Assembly (NCBI GenBank): GCA_030390025.1
Contig: CM059431.1
Span: 109,308,001-109,372,000 of the forward strand
DNA length: 64,000 bases
Source of the DNA: Squalus acanthias
Taxonomy: Eukaryota
Direction: 5' to 3'
Shown here: piece after piece, positions 11,200-22,917 of the stretch
How the letters are laid out: each line of letters begins with the position of its first letter
How positions within the stretch are numbered: position 1 is the stretch's first letter
Notes under the pieces: model-generated
Told to the model about the DNA's origin: nothing
The model's database searches: none
Seen by the model: only the letters and a program-made list of their open reading frames with translations
Program-made: the position numbers and the translations under genes

Positions 11200-11577
11200 T
11201 ATAAGATACTGAGGGGGCTCGACAAGGTAGATGCAGGGAGGACGTTTCCCCTCGTGGGGAAATCTAGAACTCGGGGGCACAGTTTCAGAATAGAGTGTCG
11301 CCCTTTTAGAACTGATACGAGGAGGAATTTCTTCTCTCAGCGGGTCGTAAATCTGTGGAATTCTCTGCCCCAGAGAGCCGTGGAGGCTGGGTCATTGATA
11401 CATTTAAGGTGGAGATAGACAGATTTTTGCAAGATTAGGGAGTGAAGGGTTATGGGGAGCGGGCAGGGAAGTGGCTTTGAGCCCGAGATCAGCCATGATC
11501 TCATTGAATGGCGGAGCAGGCTCCAGGGGCCAAGTGGCCTATTCCTGCTCTTATTTCTTATGTTCTTATGTTCTTAT
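11200..11577 (+). mobile_element. CR1 LINE 3' fragment
   Basis: GGGCTCGACAAGGTAGATGCAGGG..TGGAATTCTCTGCCC with a (TTCTTATG)n tail. Confidence 0.9.
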
Positions 11578-11682
11578 TCGCTCACTGACTGTGACCAATG
11601 CCACAACACATCCATTAACTGATCAAACATTGTACCCCTCTGACTTCCGGTGAATAATGCCGCGGAAGATTTACTATATATG

Positions 11683-11811
11683 CGCGCAAATTGGCTGCCG
11701 CGTTTCCTACATTACAACAGTGGATACACTTCAAAAGTACTTCATTGGCTGTAAAGTGCTTTGGGACGCCCAGTGGTCATGAAAGGTGCTATATAAATGC
11801 AAGTCTTTCTT

Positions 11812-11845
<34 letters not shown>
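11683..11845 (+). mobile_element. SacSINE1-like 3' fragment followed by a (TA)n(GA)n microsatellite
   Basis: AAATTGGCTGCCGCGTTTCCTACATTACAACAG..GCTATATAAATGCAAG, then dinucleotide repeats. Confidence 0.85.
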
Positions 11846-13763
11846 TATAGGCTTCTTCATGGTAATAGCAGTGATATCACCAAAGTGTGACAGCAAAGTG
11901 TTACAGGAAGTAAGTGTGATGCTGACAGGAAGTGCACCCAGAGGTAAGATTTTTAGTATATTAATAGATATATACACGTGTAGTTTTGTCATGCGAAACT
12001 TCTCGGAGAATTACAGTTTGTTTGACTGGAGTTTGTATCTTTCCATAAAACTGCCATGAAATCTGAGAATTGTTCCCACGCATGTCACACCAGGAGAGGG
12101 AGATATTACATCATGATGTCAGACCAGAATTATTATATGTTCAGCTGACAGGAAGCGAGGGTTTTAGTCACAAATAACACGCTTGTTTGCAAAAATGTAT
12201 AATATATATTTATATTCATCAAACCTTACAATATAAAATAATTTCACTCATTTTAAGAACTTTTTGATACTGAAAAGAGGGCAATGGGGTTCCTTTCCCA
12301 GCTAGTGTTCTGATCACCACAAATAACATTAATCTGGTGCGAGGCCTCCTCCACTGAACTGGCTAAAGCCATGTCACTGGTCTCCTTGCAGTTAGTCATG
12401 CGTTTCCTCGCCTCATGTTCCGACTGTGACTGTGGGGCGTAGTCATGGACAATACTTCATTTCAGCCCTTTTATCGCAGGCCCTTATCCCTCAAGACTGG
12501 GGGGGGGGGGGGAAATTCTCCTTCACAGAGCAGTACAGCTGAAAAACGAAGGCATCAGCAGGGGAGGTAAGACACTCCTTAGCCAGTCACTGTGAAAGAG
12601 CAGATGCAATTAAAGCTCCCACAGGGAAGCAAAGAAGAAAGGAAGAAAGGGGGAGGGGGGAACACTGCATTGTCACTTCTAGAACTGCTTAAACCTTGTT
12701 TGTCAAAATATTCAAATTTATGACATGCATTCGGATTTTCTCACAGTGCATTGGAGTGAATAATGCAAACACAGTGGAAAATGAAAGACAAGTCATGCTT
12801 GCAGCAAGATAAGAAAAGTTCAGCAACGATTGATTGTCAGATGTATCTTTTCAGAGGTTGCTTTGAGCAACAAGATTAGGCGGCCTGTAGATCTCTCAGT
12901 ATAACCTAATCACAGATTGAAAAAGCCACAGTTTAGGAGACATAGCTCTCGTCTGTGTGATAAGTAAACGTTTATCTTACATATAAAAATTAAAACTTAT
13001 AAATTACAGCATTCGGAGATAAGAATACCCAAGTTTGGAAATTATTTGCAGAAACGAGATGTAAAGCAGAGACAGTATTTTGTCCTCCCATTGACCTGTC
13101 TTGGGATGGGCGGTTTGCTGCTCACACCTCTTGGGTTTGTCGTGCATTTTTCCATTTAAGGCCCTACTTTGTAGATCCTCTTTCCATGGGGCAAGGTTTC
13201 CAAGCTCCTACCGGCATGAAGGACCGAATGGCCTCCTTCTGTGCTGTATGATTCTATGGTCAATTGTTGAATTGAGTTAGTATTGATCGATGCCCTGTAG
13301 TGAGGGCAAAAAGGAACCCTCAGCTTGGCAGCAGCTGGCAACTTGCTGTCTTTTTAAAGAGACGCCACACTTGAAATAATGGAAATTGCTGAATTCTTAC
13401 TATATTGGTACCATATACAGTTTGGCAATTCAGGTTACCCATGAGATTCTGTCACTGCTATATTGTGGACTGGCTTTGTATTTTTGGCAAACAGAAAAAG
13501 GAACGGTTTCTCTTAACTGGGATTGTTTTCACAGCTAGGAAGGAGACAAAATGACACATTTTGATGGCATTTACACCACGTCTTTTGTTTGACAAATCTT
13601 TTTTCATCAGTTGTCATAGATTTCTCCACGGTAGTAACAGCCTTTTGAAGGTGAGTTGTTTCCCTCACAAGTAGGTTAATAGTCGGTGGATTCTAAGTGA
13701 ATGTCCTGGTTATATTTTACAAAGTGTTATGTTAAGTGCTGCCCATATCCTAACTCGCACATA

Positions 13764-14568
13764 GGGCGCGATCTTGCCAGCCCTGGGGAGGCGGGTTTGG
13801 AGGTGGGACTGCTGGGAAAATGGCAGAATCTGGGGGCGGGTGCCCATCCCGCCCCCAACCCGCCTCCGTGCCATCTTCCCGGGAGGCGGGTAGACGACCC
13901 GCGCCGGGTCCTTTCTCCTGGAGACGGGAAGGGGATTAGTCTCAATTAACTGCCTGTTAACAGGCTGATAAAATGATTATCCCCATTTTACCCACACAAG
14001 TGCGGGCTTCCCGAAGGCTGCGAACCCCGCCAGGGTCACCGAGGCGAGTAGTGGGTCTGCGGGGGTCTGCGGGGTGCAAAAGTGCGCTGTGAAGGTAAGT
14101 GATGGGTGCAAGTGTGGCGAGCTAAGTATGTGAGGTGAGTGGAAAATGATAGAAAATGTTTACTTACCTTTGTTTCTTCCTGCAGGCTTCAAACGTTGGG
14201 GATGCGGAGAGTCTCGCATCTCACCGGCAGAGATGACAGATGGCTGCTGCATTCTCCAATGCAACAACCATCTAATTTCTGCTCACAAAACAGGTTTGAT
14301 GAGTCTTGACTACAAGGACTCATCATACAACAGAGAATGTCAGTGTTTGACAGCTTCACAGAGCTGTCAAACGATGACAATTCATCTGTCAAAAACGTTC
14401 TCTGTAACCGGCTTCCCCTTAATTGGCCTGCTAAGCCCGCTGGGCGGGCTTAACAAGGTCAATCAAGGGAAAATAGCGTGGGTTGGCCAGAAGTTGATGG
14501 AGGTGGGACTAAAGCGCGACAAGTGGGAGCCCCGCCTCCAAAAGCTCCCCATTGGCAAAGTCCAGCCC
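13764..14568 (+). mobile_element. Harbinger-type MITE (~0.8 kb family)
   Basis: TIRs GGGCGCGATCTTGCC / GGCAAAGTCCAGCCC. Homologous along its length to 19032-19867 and 59932-60733. Confidence 0.85.
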
Positions 14569-14571
14569 CAA

Positions 14572-15030
14572 GTCCCGTTCACCCATCACCCCTGTGCTTG
14601 CTCAATTACATTGACTCCTGGTCTGGCAACACCTCGACTTTAAAATTCTCATCTTCATTTTCAAATCCTTCCATGGCCTCGCCCCCCTTTTCTCTGTAGC
14701 CTCCTCCATTCCTACAACCTTCCAAGATATCTTCACTCCTCCAATTCTGGCCTCTTGCACATCCTCGATTTTAATCGCTCCACCATTGGTGGTTGTGCCT
14801 TCAGCATGCCTCGGCCCTACATCTGGAATTCCCTCCCGATATCTCTCCTGTTCTCTACCTCTCTTTCCTCCTTTAAGACACTCATTAAAAACCTACCTCT
14901 TTCCCTGTCCTAATATCTCCTTATGTGGCTCGGTGTCACATTTTGTCTGATAATTGCTTCTGTGAAGCGCCTTGGGACGTTTTACTACACTAGAAAGGCG
15001 CTATATAAATGCAAGTTGTTGCTGTTGTTG
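14572..15030 (+). mobile_element. L2 LINE 3' fragment
   Basis: LRSSNSGLL..GGRAFS..P.LWNSLP-type coding remnant and a GCGCTATATAAATGCAAG(TTG)n tail. Confidence 0.85.
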
Positions 15031-15629
15031 CACTCATAGAAAAATGAAGCAAAAATGTAAAATTAAGAGGTTTTGTTTTACCTGGCCAAATAACTATTGA
15101 AGGAAAGGAAGAGAGACTGGCCCATTTCAGGCAAAAAATGCACCCTGGATATATTCATCTAATAATTTTCACTACTTACTAAATCATCAGGCTGCTAATG
15201 TGTTGGATTAAAAATAAAAATCCGTATTAGCAATGAAGCAATGTTACAATTACTGCCTGATATGGCTAGATCCAGTGTCATCATTGGACATGTTTAGTGC
15301 ATTAGTATGAATACGCTATAAGTGAGAAAAGATCACGCCGATGCACCTTTAAGTGCGATACGCTTCTTGTGTGACATTCCTATTTTATCAACTCAATGAC
15401 TTCCACCACGCCCACCTCAGCAACAGACCTGCAACTACCGGTATGTTATCTTAGAGTTGGGTAGCTCAAAAGTGTTCTGTTCAGGCTCCACCACAGTTTG
15501 GCAGTGGCAAAATCTATGACTGTGCTGCTGCAGAGAGAATAGTGCAAGAATTTCACACGTCCATGATTGGCCTTTTCTTAGCCTTTTAAATTAAATCACT
15601 GGCCAAAAATCGGGAGCGCCACGAATCAG

Positions 15630-15799
15630 GATCACAGAATCACAGAATCCCCACAGTGCAGATAGAGGCCATTTCGGCCCATCGAGCCTGCACCGACACA
15701 TATCCCACCCTATCCCCATAACCCCATGTATTTAATCCCCCTAACACTAAGGGTCAATTTATCATAGCCAAATCAACCTAACCCGCACATCTTTGGACT
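15630..15799 (-). mobile_element. HE1-like elasmobranch SINE 3' fragment
   Basis: Minus strand AGTCCAAAGATGTGCGGGTTAGGTTGATTTGGC.. followed by a CR1-like tail GATGGGCCGAAATGGCCTC..(ATTCTGTG)n. Confidence 0.75.
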
Positions 15800-15800
15800 T

Positions 15801-16195
15801 TAGGCTTGCCAACTCTGATTGGACATATTCCCAGAGGCATCATCACATGACCTCCTGCCTCCAACCACCCCGCCCCCCCCCCCACACTCCCGCCATTGGT
15901 CGCCCGACACGTCCATACTTGTAGCGCCCCGCCTTCCCACGGCCAATTGGAAAGCGAACAGACTCTTCATCACCCGATTGGACGATTCTCGACTGTCAGT
16001 CAAACAGCCTTTTTATCCGAGTTCAACATTTTTATAGCTAATAAACAAAAGTGTTCAAAAGAACTTTTTTTTCCAAAAACGCAATTTTTTATCGCCGCGA
16101 TGATTTTTCTCCCCGGCTGCTTGCGACAGTGTCCCGGAGATGAGTCTTCAATTCCGGGGGGACTCCAGGGCAATCCAGGAGGGTTGGCGACCCTA
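15801..16195 (+). mobile_element. hAT-like MITE (TAGGGTTGCCA-type TIR)
   Basis: TAGGCTTGCCAAC / GTTGGCGACCCTA ends. A homologous copy lies at 44123-44487. Confidence 0.8.
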
Positions 16196-16670
16196 GCTGA
16201 ACTCCGCGCCTGATTCTCCAATCAGCAGCTCCACCACCTCCCCCCCCCCCCGCTCCCACCCCCACGCCGGAAGCACAGCCTCACACAATTTGCCCAAATG
16301 TCTCAACTGGGGAAGGGTTCCACTGTTTTGTTAATCACGGGAAAACAATCTTGCTACAAAAATAGAAAACAGAATGCCCTCCCCCAATAACATCTCATCT
16401 GCTGAACAGACGATTTGTATTGAGGCCACGTACACAAAATGAAACTATTTCTGTGTGCTGTGCGCTGTGCTGTCAGAATTGATTTTGCAAACAAATGCTG
16501 GCTAATAATAGTTTTGATAAATGATATCATTTTTCCATCAGCAGTGGGCCTGATAGCTCACCTGTGGCCTAACCGGGTAGCAGGTCAGAAATAAGAAGAA
16601 ATTTGAATAATGAACTTTCAAAGTGCATTTTTCCCTCAAATGTATCACAAAGATCAATTAAAACATCCTT

Positions 16671-17894
16671 GCCTAGAAATTTGGGTGCGCCTATATTTGG
16701 GCATTTTATCCGCACAGTGTTAACGGGGGAGGTCCGAGGAGCCCCGGATTTTGGGCCTCGGACCTAATCATAACGGAGATGGCGCTGCGGTCGGAGCCTG
16801 CACAGGTTAGCGCTCCAAGTTCCAGGTAAGTGATTGGGTTGGATCGCAGGGGGTCTGGAGAAGGGAGGGGTGGGCCTCGGAGTCCGTTATCGGGGGTTCA
16901 GTGGGGGCTCAGGCAGGAAGATCACAGGCCTCGGGAGTGCTGTTGTTGTGGGGGCGGGGGGCGGTGGTCAGGGGGTGATCGGGTGGGGGGGGCCTGGTGG
17001 TCAGAGTCGGGAGTGCAGTCGGAGATCTCGGGACCGGGAGCAGCGGTGATTATGGTAAGTACTTATGTGGTATTTAGCTTTGGTTTTCTCGGAGGCAATC
17101 GGCACTGGCACTGGCTGCCTCAGGGCAAATCAAAATTGCAGCATGGACCAGAAGCAGGAGTGAGGCCCCTTGCAAACAGACAAACGCCTACTTCAGCCGT
17201 GGCTCAGTGGGTAGCACTCTCGCCTCTGAGTCAGAAGGTTGTGGGTTCAAGTCCCACTCCAGAGACTTGAGCACATAAAGCTAGGCTGACACTCCAGTGC
17301 AGTGCTGAGGGAGTGCTACACTGTCGGAGGTGCCGTCTTTCGCATGAGACGTTAAACCGAGGCCCCGTCTACCCTCTCAGGTGGACGTAAAAGATCCCAT
17401 GGCACTATTTCAAAGAAGAGCAGCAGTGTGGCCCTGCAGGAGAGTATTGGTCCTGTTAACTTTTTCCACTCCCCTTCCCTTGCCCCAACTTGAAGGGTCT
17501 TGCTACCATTTCCAGCTCCCTGGTGTCCTGGCCAATATTTATCCCTCAACCAACATAACAAAAACAGATTATCTGGTCATTATCACATTGCTGTTTGTGG
17601 GAGCTTGCTGTGCGCAAATTAGCTGCTGTGTTTCCCACATTACAACAGTGACTACACTTCAAAAGTACTTCATTGGCTGTAAAGCACTTTGAGACGTCCG
17701 GTGGTCGTGAAAGGCGCCATATAAATGCAAGTCTTTCTTTTCTTTCTTTCTTTCTTTCAGACGTGGGTAAAGGACACCTCTAGTTTGTCCTTTCCCAAGA
17801 TGGCACCCGGCACGATTCACAGCAGAAGTGTGCGCATGTGCATCGGACGCCATTTTGATCCCCAAACGGCAACCATAGCGCCCAAACAACGGCC
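16671..17894. mobile_element. GC-rich MITE hosting a SINE insertion
   Basis: Begins GCCTAGAAATTTGGG; GC/CpG-rich body on both sides of the SINE at 17194-17760. Right end is approximate. Confidence 0.5.
17194..17760 (+). mobile_element. SacSINE1-like SINE with a 92-nt foreign insert
   Basis: Full SINE with (TTTC)n tail. 17424-17515 is absent from the other copies. Confidence 0.85.
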
Positions 17895-18059
17895 GCTACT
17901 GATCCTAATTACGCGCCCCTCTGATCTACTTGAGTAAGTCCCAATCATAAGCACCAATTAGCAATGTTGGTGTTATGAATCACTCATGATCATTTTGGGA
18001 ACTGAAGTAAACCGAGAAGTAAACACATTTCTTTAAGCTAGAAGCCAACCAGACAACTG

Positions 18060-18420
18060 CCCTGAAGGCTCAGCATGTTTATCTGATGAGTAGCTGAATC
18101 ACACTAACCAGGAAGTCCCAGGCACAATCCTCACTTTATGCTCTTAGCGGATCACAAGCAGGAGGGTGGGAGAGAAAGAGAAGAAGGAGGATACAATTCC
18201 TGTTCTTGCTCACTATCCAGCAAGCATTGCTGGAAGTGGGTGGGTATTAATTGGATCGAGTTCGATTGTGAAGGAAACCCAGTCAAATTGCCCCTCCTGA
18301 CACTCACTCTCAAGACACATATGCATAATGGCCACTTAGGAGAGATACTGATGGGTTCCCAGTGACTACGGGACTGTACCCCAGCAAGCAGTTAAAGCTC
18401 TCAGGTGAGAAGGGGAGGAA
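18060..18420 (+). mobile_element. Old tRNA-headed SINE family copy
   Basis: ACCAGGAAGTCCCAGG..ACACTCACT..AATGGCCACTT..GTACCCCAGCAAG, shared with the copies at 22375, 25580 and 26030. Confidence 0.55.
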
Positions 18421-19031
18421 CAAAAAACAGAAAACAAAATTCTCCATCCCACTCCCACACTGACCTCTCCGTCCTACACTGTTCCAATGAAGCTCAACGC
18501 AAGCTCAAGAAACAACGCTTTGTCTTTCTATGAGGCACTTTACAGCCTTCCGACCTTTTAACATTGAGTTTAACAACTTTAATCACTGCTCCCATTTTCT
18601 ATAATGGAGGATGGCTGCACCAGAGCCACTGGGAGTGGAGGAGGTGTGGGCTGGTATTCGGGGTAGGGATCCCCTACTAATACATGGCCGGCGGGGCGGT
18701 CCGCACCGCAGGTGTCTACCACCTTTCTTTAGACACGTTCTGGGGCCGCGGGAGCATTCTCTTTGCCAGATTTTGTGTACTTTCCCTCCTCACTTGCTTT
18801 TCTGCTGCAACCATTTACTCCTCTTCTGGACTTGTCTTTACTTGCCTCATTATCATCTCATTTTGCCTTGCACTTTTGTCATTTAATCATTCCTGCCCTC
18901 CACCCTATCATAGACCTTCCCCTTTGTTTTTTCCCCTTCCCACCCCCTTTTCCTTGGCTCTGCCCTTGATTAAAAGCTATGCATCTCGAACATCTTCCAG
19001 TTCTGATGAAAGGTCATTGAACTGAAACGTT

Positions 19032-19867
19032 GGGGGTGATCTTGCCAGCCCTGGGGAGGTGGGTATGGAGGGGGGACTACCGGGAAAATGGCAGAATCTG
19101 GGGGCGGGTACCCATCCCGCCCCCAACCTGCCTCCGTGCAATCTTCCCAGGAGGCGGGTAGCCGACCCGCGCCGGGTCCCGTCTCCTGGAGGTGGGAAGG
19201 GAATTAGTGCCACTTAACTGCCTGTTAACAGGTAGTTAACAGGCAGATAAGAGGATTATCCCCATTTTTCCACCAGAGGTGCGGGCTTCCCGACGTCGGG
19301 AAACCCCGCCAGGGTCACCGAGGCGAGCAGTGGGTCTGCAGGGGTCGGAGGGGTGCAAAGTGCGCTGTGGAGGTGAGTGATGGGTGCAAGTGTGGAGAGG
19401 TAAGTATGTGAGGTGAGTGGGAAGTGATAGAAAATGTTTACTTACCTTTGTTTCTTCCTGCAGGCTTCAACAGTTGGGGATGCGGAGACTCTCGCATCTC
19501 ACCGGCAGAGATGACAGATGGCTGCTGCATTCTCCGATGCAACAGCCATCTAATTTCTGCTCACAAAAGAGGTTTGATGAGTCTTGAATACAAGAAATCA
19601 TCAAATAACAGAGAGTGTCAGTGTTTGACAGCTTCACAGAGCTGTCAAACGATAACAATTCATCTGTCAAAAAGTTTTGACAGATGAAACGTCATACGCT
19701 GATGTTCTCTGTAACCGGCTTCCCCTTAATTGGCCTGCTAAGCCCACTGGGCGGGATTAACAAAGTCAATCAAGGGAAAATAGCATGGGTTGGCCACAAG
19801 TCAATGGACGCGGGACTGAAACCTGACAAGCAGCAGTCCCGCCTCCAACATTGACAAAATCGCTCCC
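19032..19867 (+). mobile_element. Harbinger-type MITE (~0.8 kb family)
   Basis: TIRs GGGGGTGATCTTG / CAAAATCGCTCCC with 3-bp TSD GTT (19029-19031 / 19868-19870). Confidence 0.9.
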
Positions 19868-19912
19868 GTTAACTCTGTTTCTCGATCCACAGATGCTGCC
19901 CGACCTGCTGAG

Positions 19913-20060
19913 CAATGTTCCCTCTAATATTTTTTTGGGCCACACGGCTCCTTTAAGGGGCTGCGCGGCCCATTCAAAATTCCACGCATGCGCGTTTCTT
20001 TTCCATTTTAAAGCCTGTGAGCGGGACTTCCAGAGCGCTGCACAGCCACGCGGCCACACA
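19913..20060 (+). mobile_element. hAT-like MITE, right end missing
   Basis: Starts CAATGTTCCCTCTAA, the TIR of the elements at 33630 and 59727. Confidence 0.7.
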
Positions 20061-21049
20061 TATTTCAGATCTCCAGCGTCCGCAGTATTTTGGTTTTATT
20101 GCTGCTAAAATAGATTCATTTAAAAAAAAAATTCTAATGAGAACTAGGCCCATTACAAAGAATCCACATCTCAATGAGTGCATTATCTTTCGCAGTGTAA
20201 ACTTTCCCACCAGCCAACGTGACAGGCTGCTGGCTTTTCTTGGAACAGATTCTGCCAAAGAATTCCTCAATTTCGGTGGCCATCTCTCTTTAAATAAGAA
20301 AACAATGAGACGCTAATTTTTTTGTTCCTGATCAAGTGAACAGTCCCCGTGAACATGTTCGAATACTTCAACCAGAGTTGAAATAGTTTGATGTACGTAG
20401 TGCAATGTGTGAATAGGAGAATTAGAAAACTTGTCCCTAAATGTCAAACACACAAACTATAAAATGGGCATCAACTGTAAACCAGTGAAAAATGTTAATA
20501 CTGTCGTATTCTGTAAAGCAGAAAAATCACAGTTGGAATCAGTCTAGTTATTTGTAAGTGTAAACATCCAAATGCAGTCTGTTTCAGAGGCGTTAGTACA
20601 ACATTTCCCCTGTAAAACTTGATCTGTTTGAAAAGATTGAGAGAACTGGAAAAGATGAGGCGACGGGTCATTAAATATGAAAAATGCTGAGCGAGTGACC
20701 AAGCACATATCTGAGCTATGGGAGGTATTCAATCGGTCCCAGTGCCAAATTATGGTGCCAATAAAAGTGAATGGTGCTTAAAGTCTGACTTCTGATAGAC
20801 TTTTCCAGTTGAGCCTATTTCACCCAGTTCAAAGGACATGACCTCTTTAAGGTAGGAAGCGAGACATTTGATTGGCTGACAGGTAGCAGATCACAAAACT
20901 AGGAGGTAGATTCCTCGATGTCCTGTTTGTAATATATTTTGAATAGTTTTGTTGGAATATTGTGCACTGTTGAATAAGAGGATGTTATTTCTGCTGAATT
21001 AATCAAAAGCTTTCGATAGCAAGCATAAGCAAATCTTTCAATCACAACG

Positions 21050-21420
21050 ACCGCCTACTTAGGCTTCCGTAACATCACCCAACTCCGCCCATCTGTTGCT
21101 GAATCTCTCATCCATGTCATTGTCACCTCCACACTCAACAATTCCAATGCTCTCCTGGCCAGCCTCTCATCCTCTATCCTCCATAAACCTCAGCTCATCC
21201 TAAACTCCTATCCAGCCCATCATTACTGTTCTCGTTGGCCTACACTGGCTGCCGGTCCTCACAATGCCTCAGATTTAAAATTCTCATCCTTGTGTTTAAA
21301 TTTCTTCTAATGGCCTCGCCCCTCGCTGTCTCTGTAACCTTCTCCGGTGCTACAACCCCATCCCCGATCTCTGTTTTCCCACTGACTTTGTGCATTCCCC
21401 CAATCCATCGTCCCACCAGT
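21050..21420 (+). mobile_element. L2 LINE fragment (older)
   Basis: AE.LIH..VTS.L..SNALLA.L..LHWLPV..RFKIL.LVFK-type coding remnant. Confidence 0.8.
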
Positions 21421-21550
21421 GGTAAACAAAGTAAAAAAAAGTGATGTTCAGGCATTTTACCAAAGTAGGTTAAAAAAATTGTGGTCTTGGATCTTGTTTG
21501 CACTATTTCATCAGAAATTTGTAAAAATGCAGAAACAAGTGGGACTTGTA

Positions 21551-22269
21551 GGGCTGGATTTTGATACTGGGGCGGGCTCAGGTCGTGTCATCCACTTTTC
21601 GTGTTATCCACCCGACTGCAATTGGATGTGGGAGATTGATGAGATTTTCACCTAATTGGGCAATTGAGTTCCAGCATGTGGGAACCCATGACCCAATTAG
21701 TGTTTTCAGTCTGAAAGTCGGCTCTGATGATGTCATCATTGCTGCTGCATTGAAGGTCTGCAAAGACTGCCTGGCCTTTGCTGTGAGAGGGCCTGGAGGC
21801 AAAATGAGCAGCAGCAGCCCTAAGTCTGCTCCCAGATATTTTTGTACCACCATCACCACCACTCCCAGATATTATTATTATTATTCCTCCTCCTCCTCCT
21901 ACTACTACTACTACAACATCACATCTCCGTTGTAATAGTGAACCTGCAGCTGATAGTCAGCTATCGAAATGTGCTACCGCCAGGTTTCACATTCGTGGCT
22001 CAGAACAGGCGTGCTTCATGTAGAAAAAGGGTTAAAATCACAAAGGCCTTTCAAAATGGCATTATAGAGGCAATTTAGTGCTTGTTAAGGACCTTAACAG
22101 CTTATCCCACCTCTTAGAGGCAGGACGGAGTTGGGACCAGCAGACACGATTTAATGAAAATTGCGTGGAGGTGGGATGGAGGCGGGCTTGTGCCGCCCGC
22201 CAGTTTTTGCAATTTTAACCCCCCACACGCCTCCAAACCCACCTCCACGGGTCAATGAAAATTCTGCCT
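21551..22269. mobile_element. Harbinger-type MITE with an internal compound (TAT)n(TCC)n(TAC)n microsatellite
   Basis: TIRs GGGCTGGATTTT / AAAATTCTGCCT; microsatellite at ~21868-21913. Confidence 0.7.
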
Positions 22270-22374
22270 GTTCTCTTCAACCAAGAATGACAATTCAATG
22301 GAAAATCCCCAATCACAATACAAGGTTAAGAAAATTCTTTAAATATATCATTTAAAACTAATTACTTTGTGGCT

Positions 22375-22760
22375 TTCCTGTTGGCTCAGTATGTATGTGG
22401 CGTTAATGAGCCATGCAGTTCAGGAAAGTCCCACATTCAATGCTTAGGTAGCAATGGAGGCCCTATAATTTACCTTAGTGTCGCTGGACTGATGAGGTGG
22501 GTGGGGTAAGTTTGCTGCTCTTCATGATTATTCTGTCATTGCCCCCAAGCTACAAAGTACACACAAGTGGATGTAAAATGGATGCAAAGTGAGGATAGGA
22601 TGGGGTGTCCCTGCAATGTTTCTCAGGGTCAAATGACCTGCCAACACTCCAGGGCTCCATCACCCATTATGAACGACCACTTGTGTCAGGCACTGGGAGG
22701 GCTGTCTCAGCCCAAGGAACCACGGGGTAAGTTTAATGAGTCAGGACCGCAAGCACTAAT
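22375..22760 (+). mobile_element. Old tRNA-headed SINE family copy
   Basis: TGGCTCAGT..GAGCCATGCAG..CAGGAAAGTCCC..GTGAGGATAGGAT..CCTGCCAACACTC. Confidence 0.5.
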
Positions 22761-22765
22761 GATGA

Positions 22766-22917
22766 GAGGGCAGATAGAGCAATCAAACATGGAGGGCAGC
22801 ACAGCCAATTCGCCGCCTTCCTGATTTTTCTGGCCATGAATATTTAAAAATTGGAAAATCGGAAGGCTGTGAATCAACCACGTTGACCTCTATGTCTGGT
22901 GGTTCGATTTACCCTCC
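22766..22917. mobile_element. Old palindromic MITE
   Basis: GAGGGCAGATAGAGC / GTTCGATTTACCCTC ends, with degenerate end-to-end self-complementarity (GCCTTCCTGATTTT / AAAATCGGAAGGC). Confidence 0.55.

Larger units (their letters stand above)
18438..20100 (+). mobile_element. Penelope-like retroelement 3' fragment (family B parent), interrupted by two DNA transposons
   Basis: 18438-18585 translates to SPSHSHTDLSVL..HCSNEAQRKLKKQRFVFL*GTLQP..NIEFNNF, the GIY-YIG C-terminal signature of PLEs. Then a pyrimidine-rich UTR, a hammerhead at 18999-19031, and terminal segments at 19868-19913 and 20061-20100. Confidence 0.8.

Noticed and set aside
13611..13650. 40-nt plus-strand exon candidate with AG and GTGAGT ends (similar candidates at 12529-12566 and 41513-41799)
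   Set aside because: No recognisable coding content; they could be UTR exons but cannot be supported without transcripts.
14146..14643. Apparent protein family in ORFs 14146, 19424 and 60282
   Set aside because: The similarity comes from copies of one MITE; stops and lengths differ, and no domain is recognisable.
20135..20290. Minus-strand short ORF MATEIEEFFGRICSKK..
   Set aside because: No recognisable homologue and only a weak donor.
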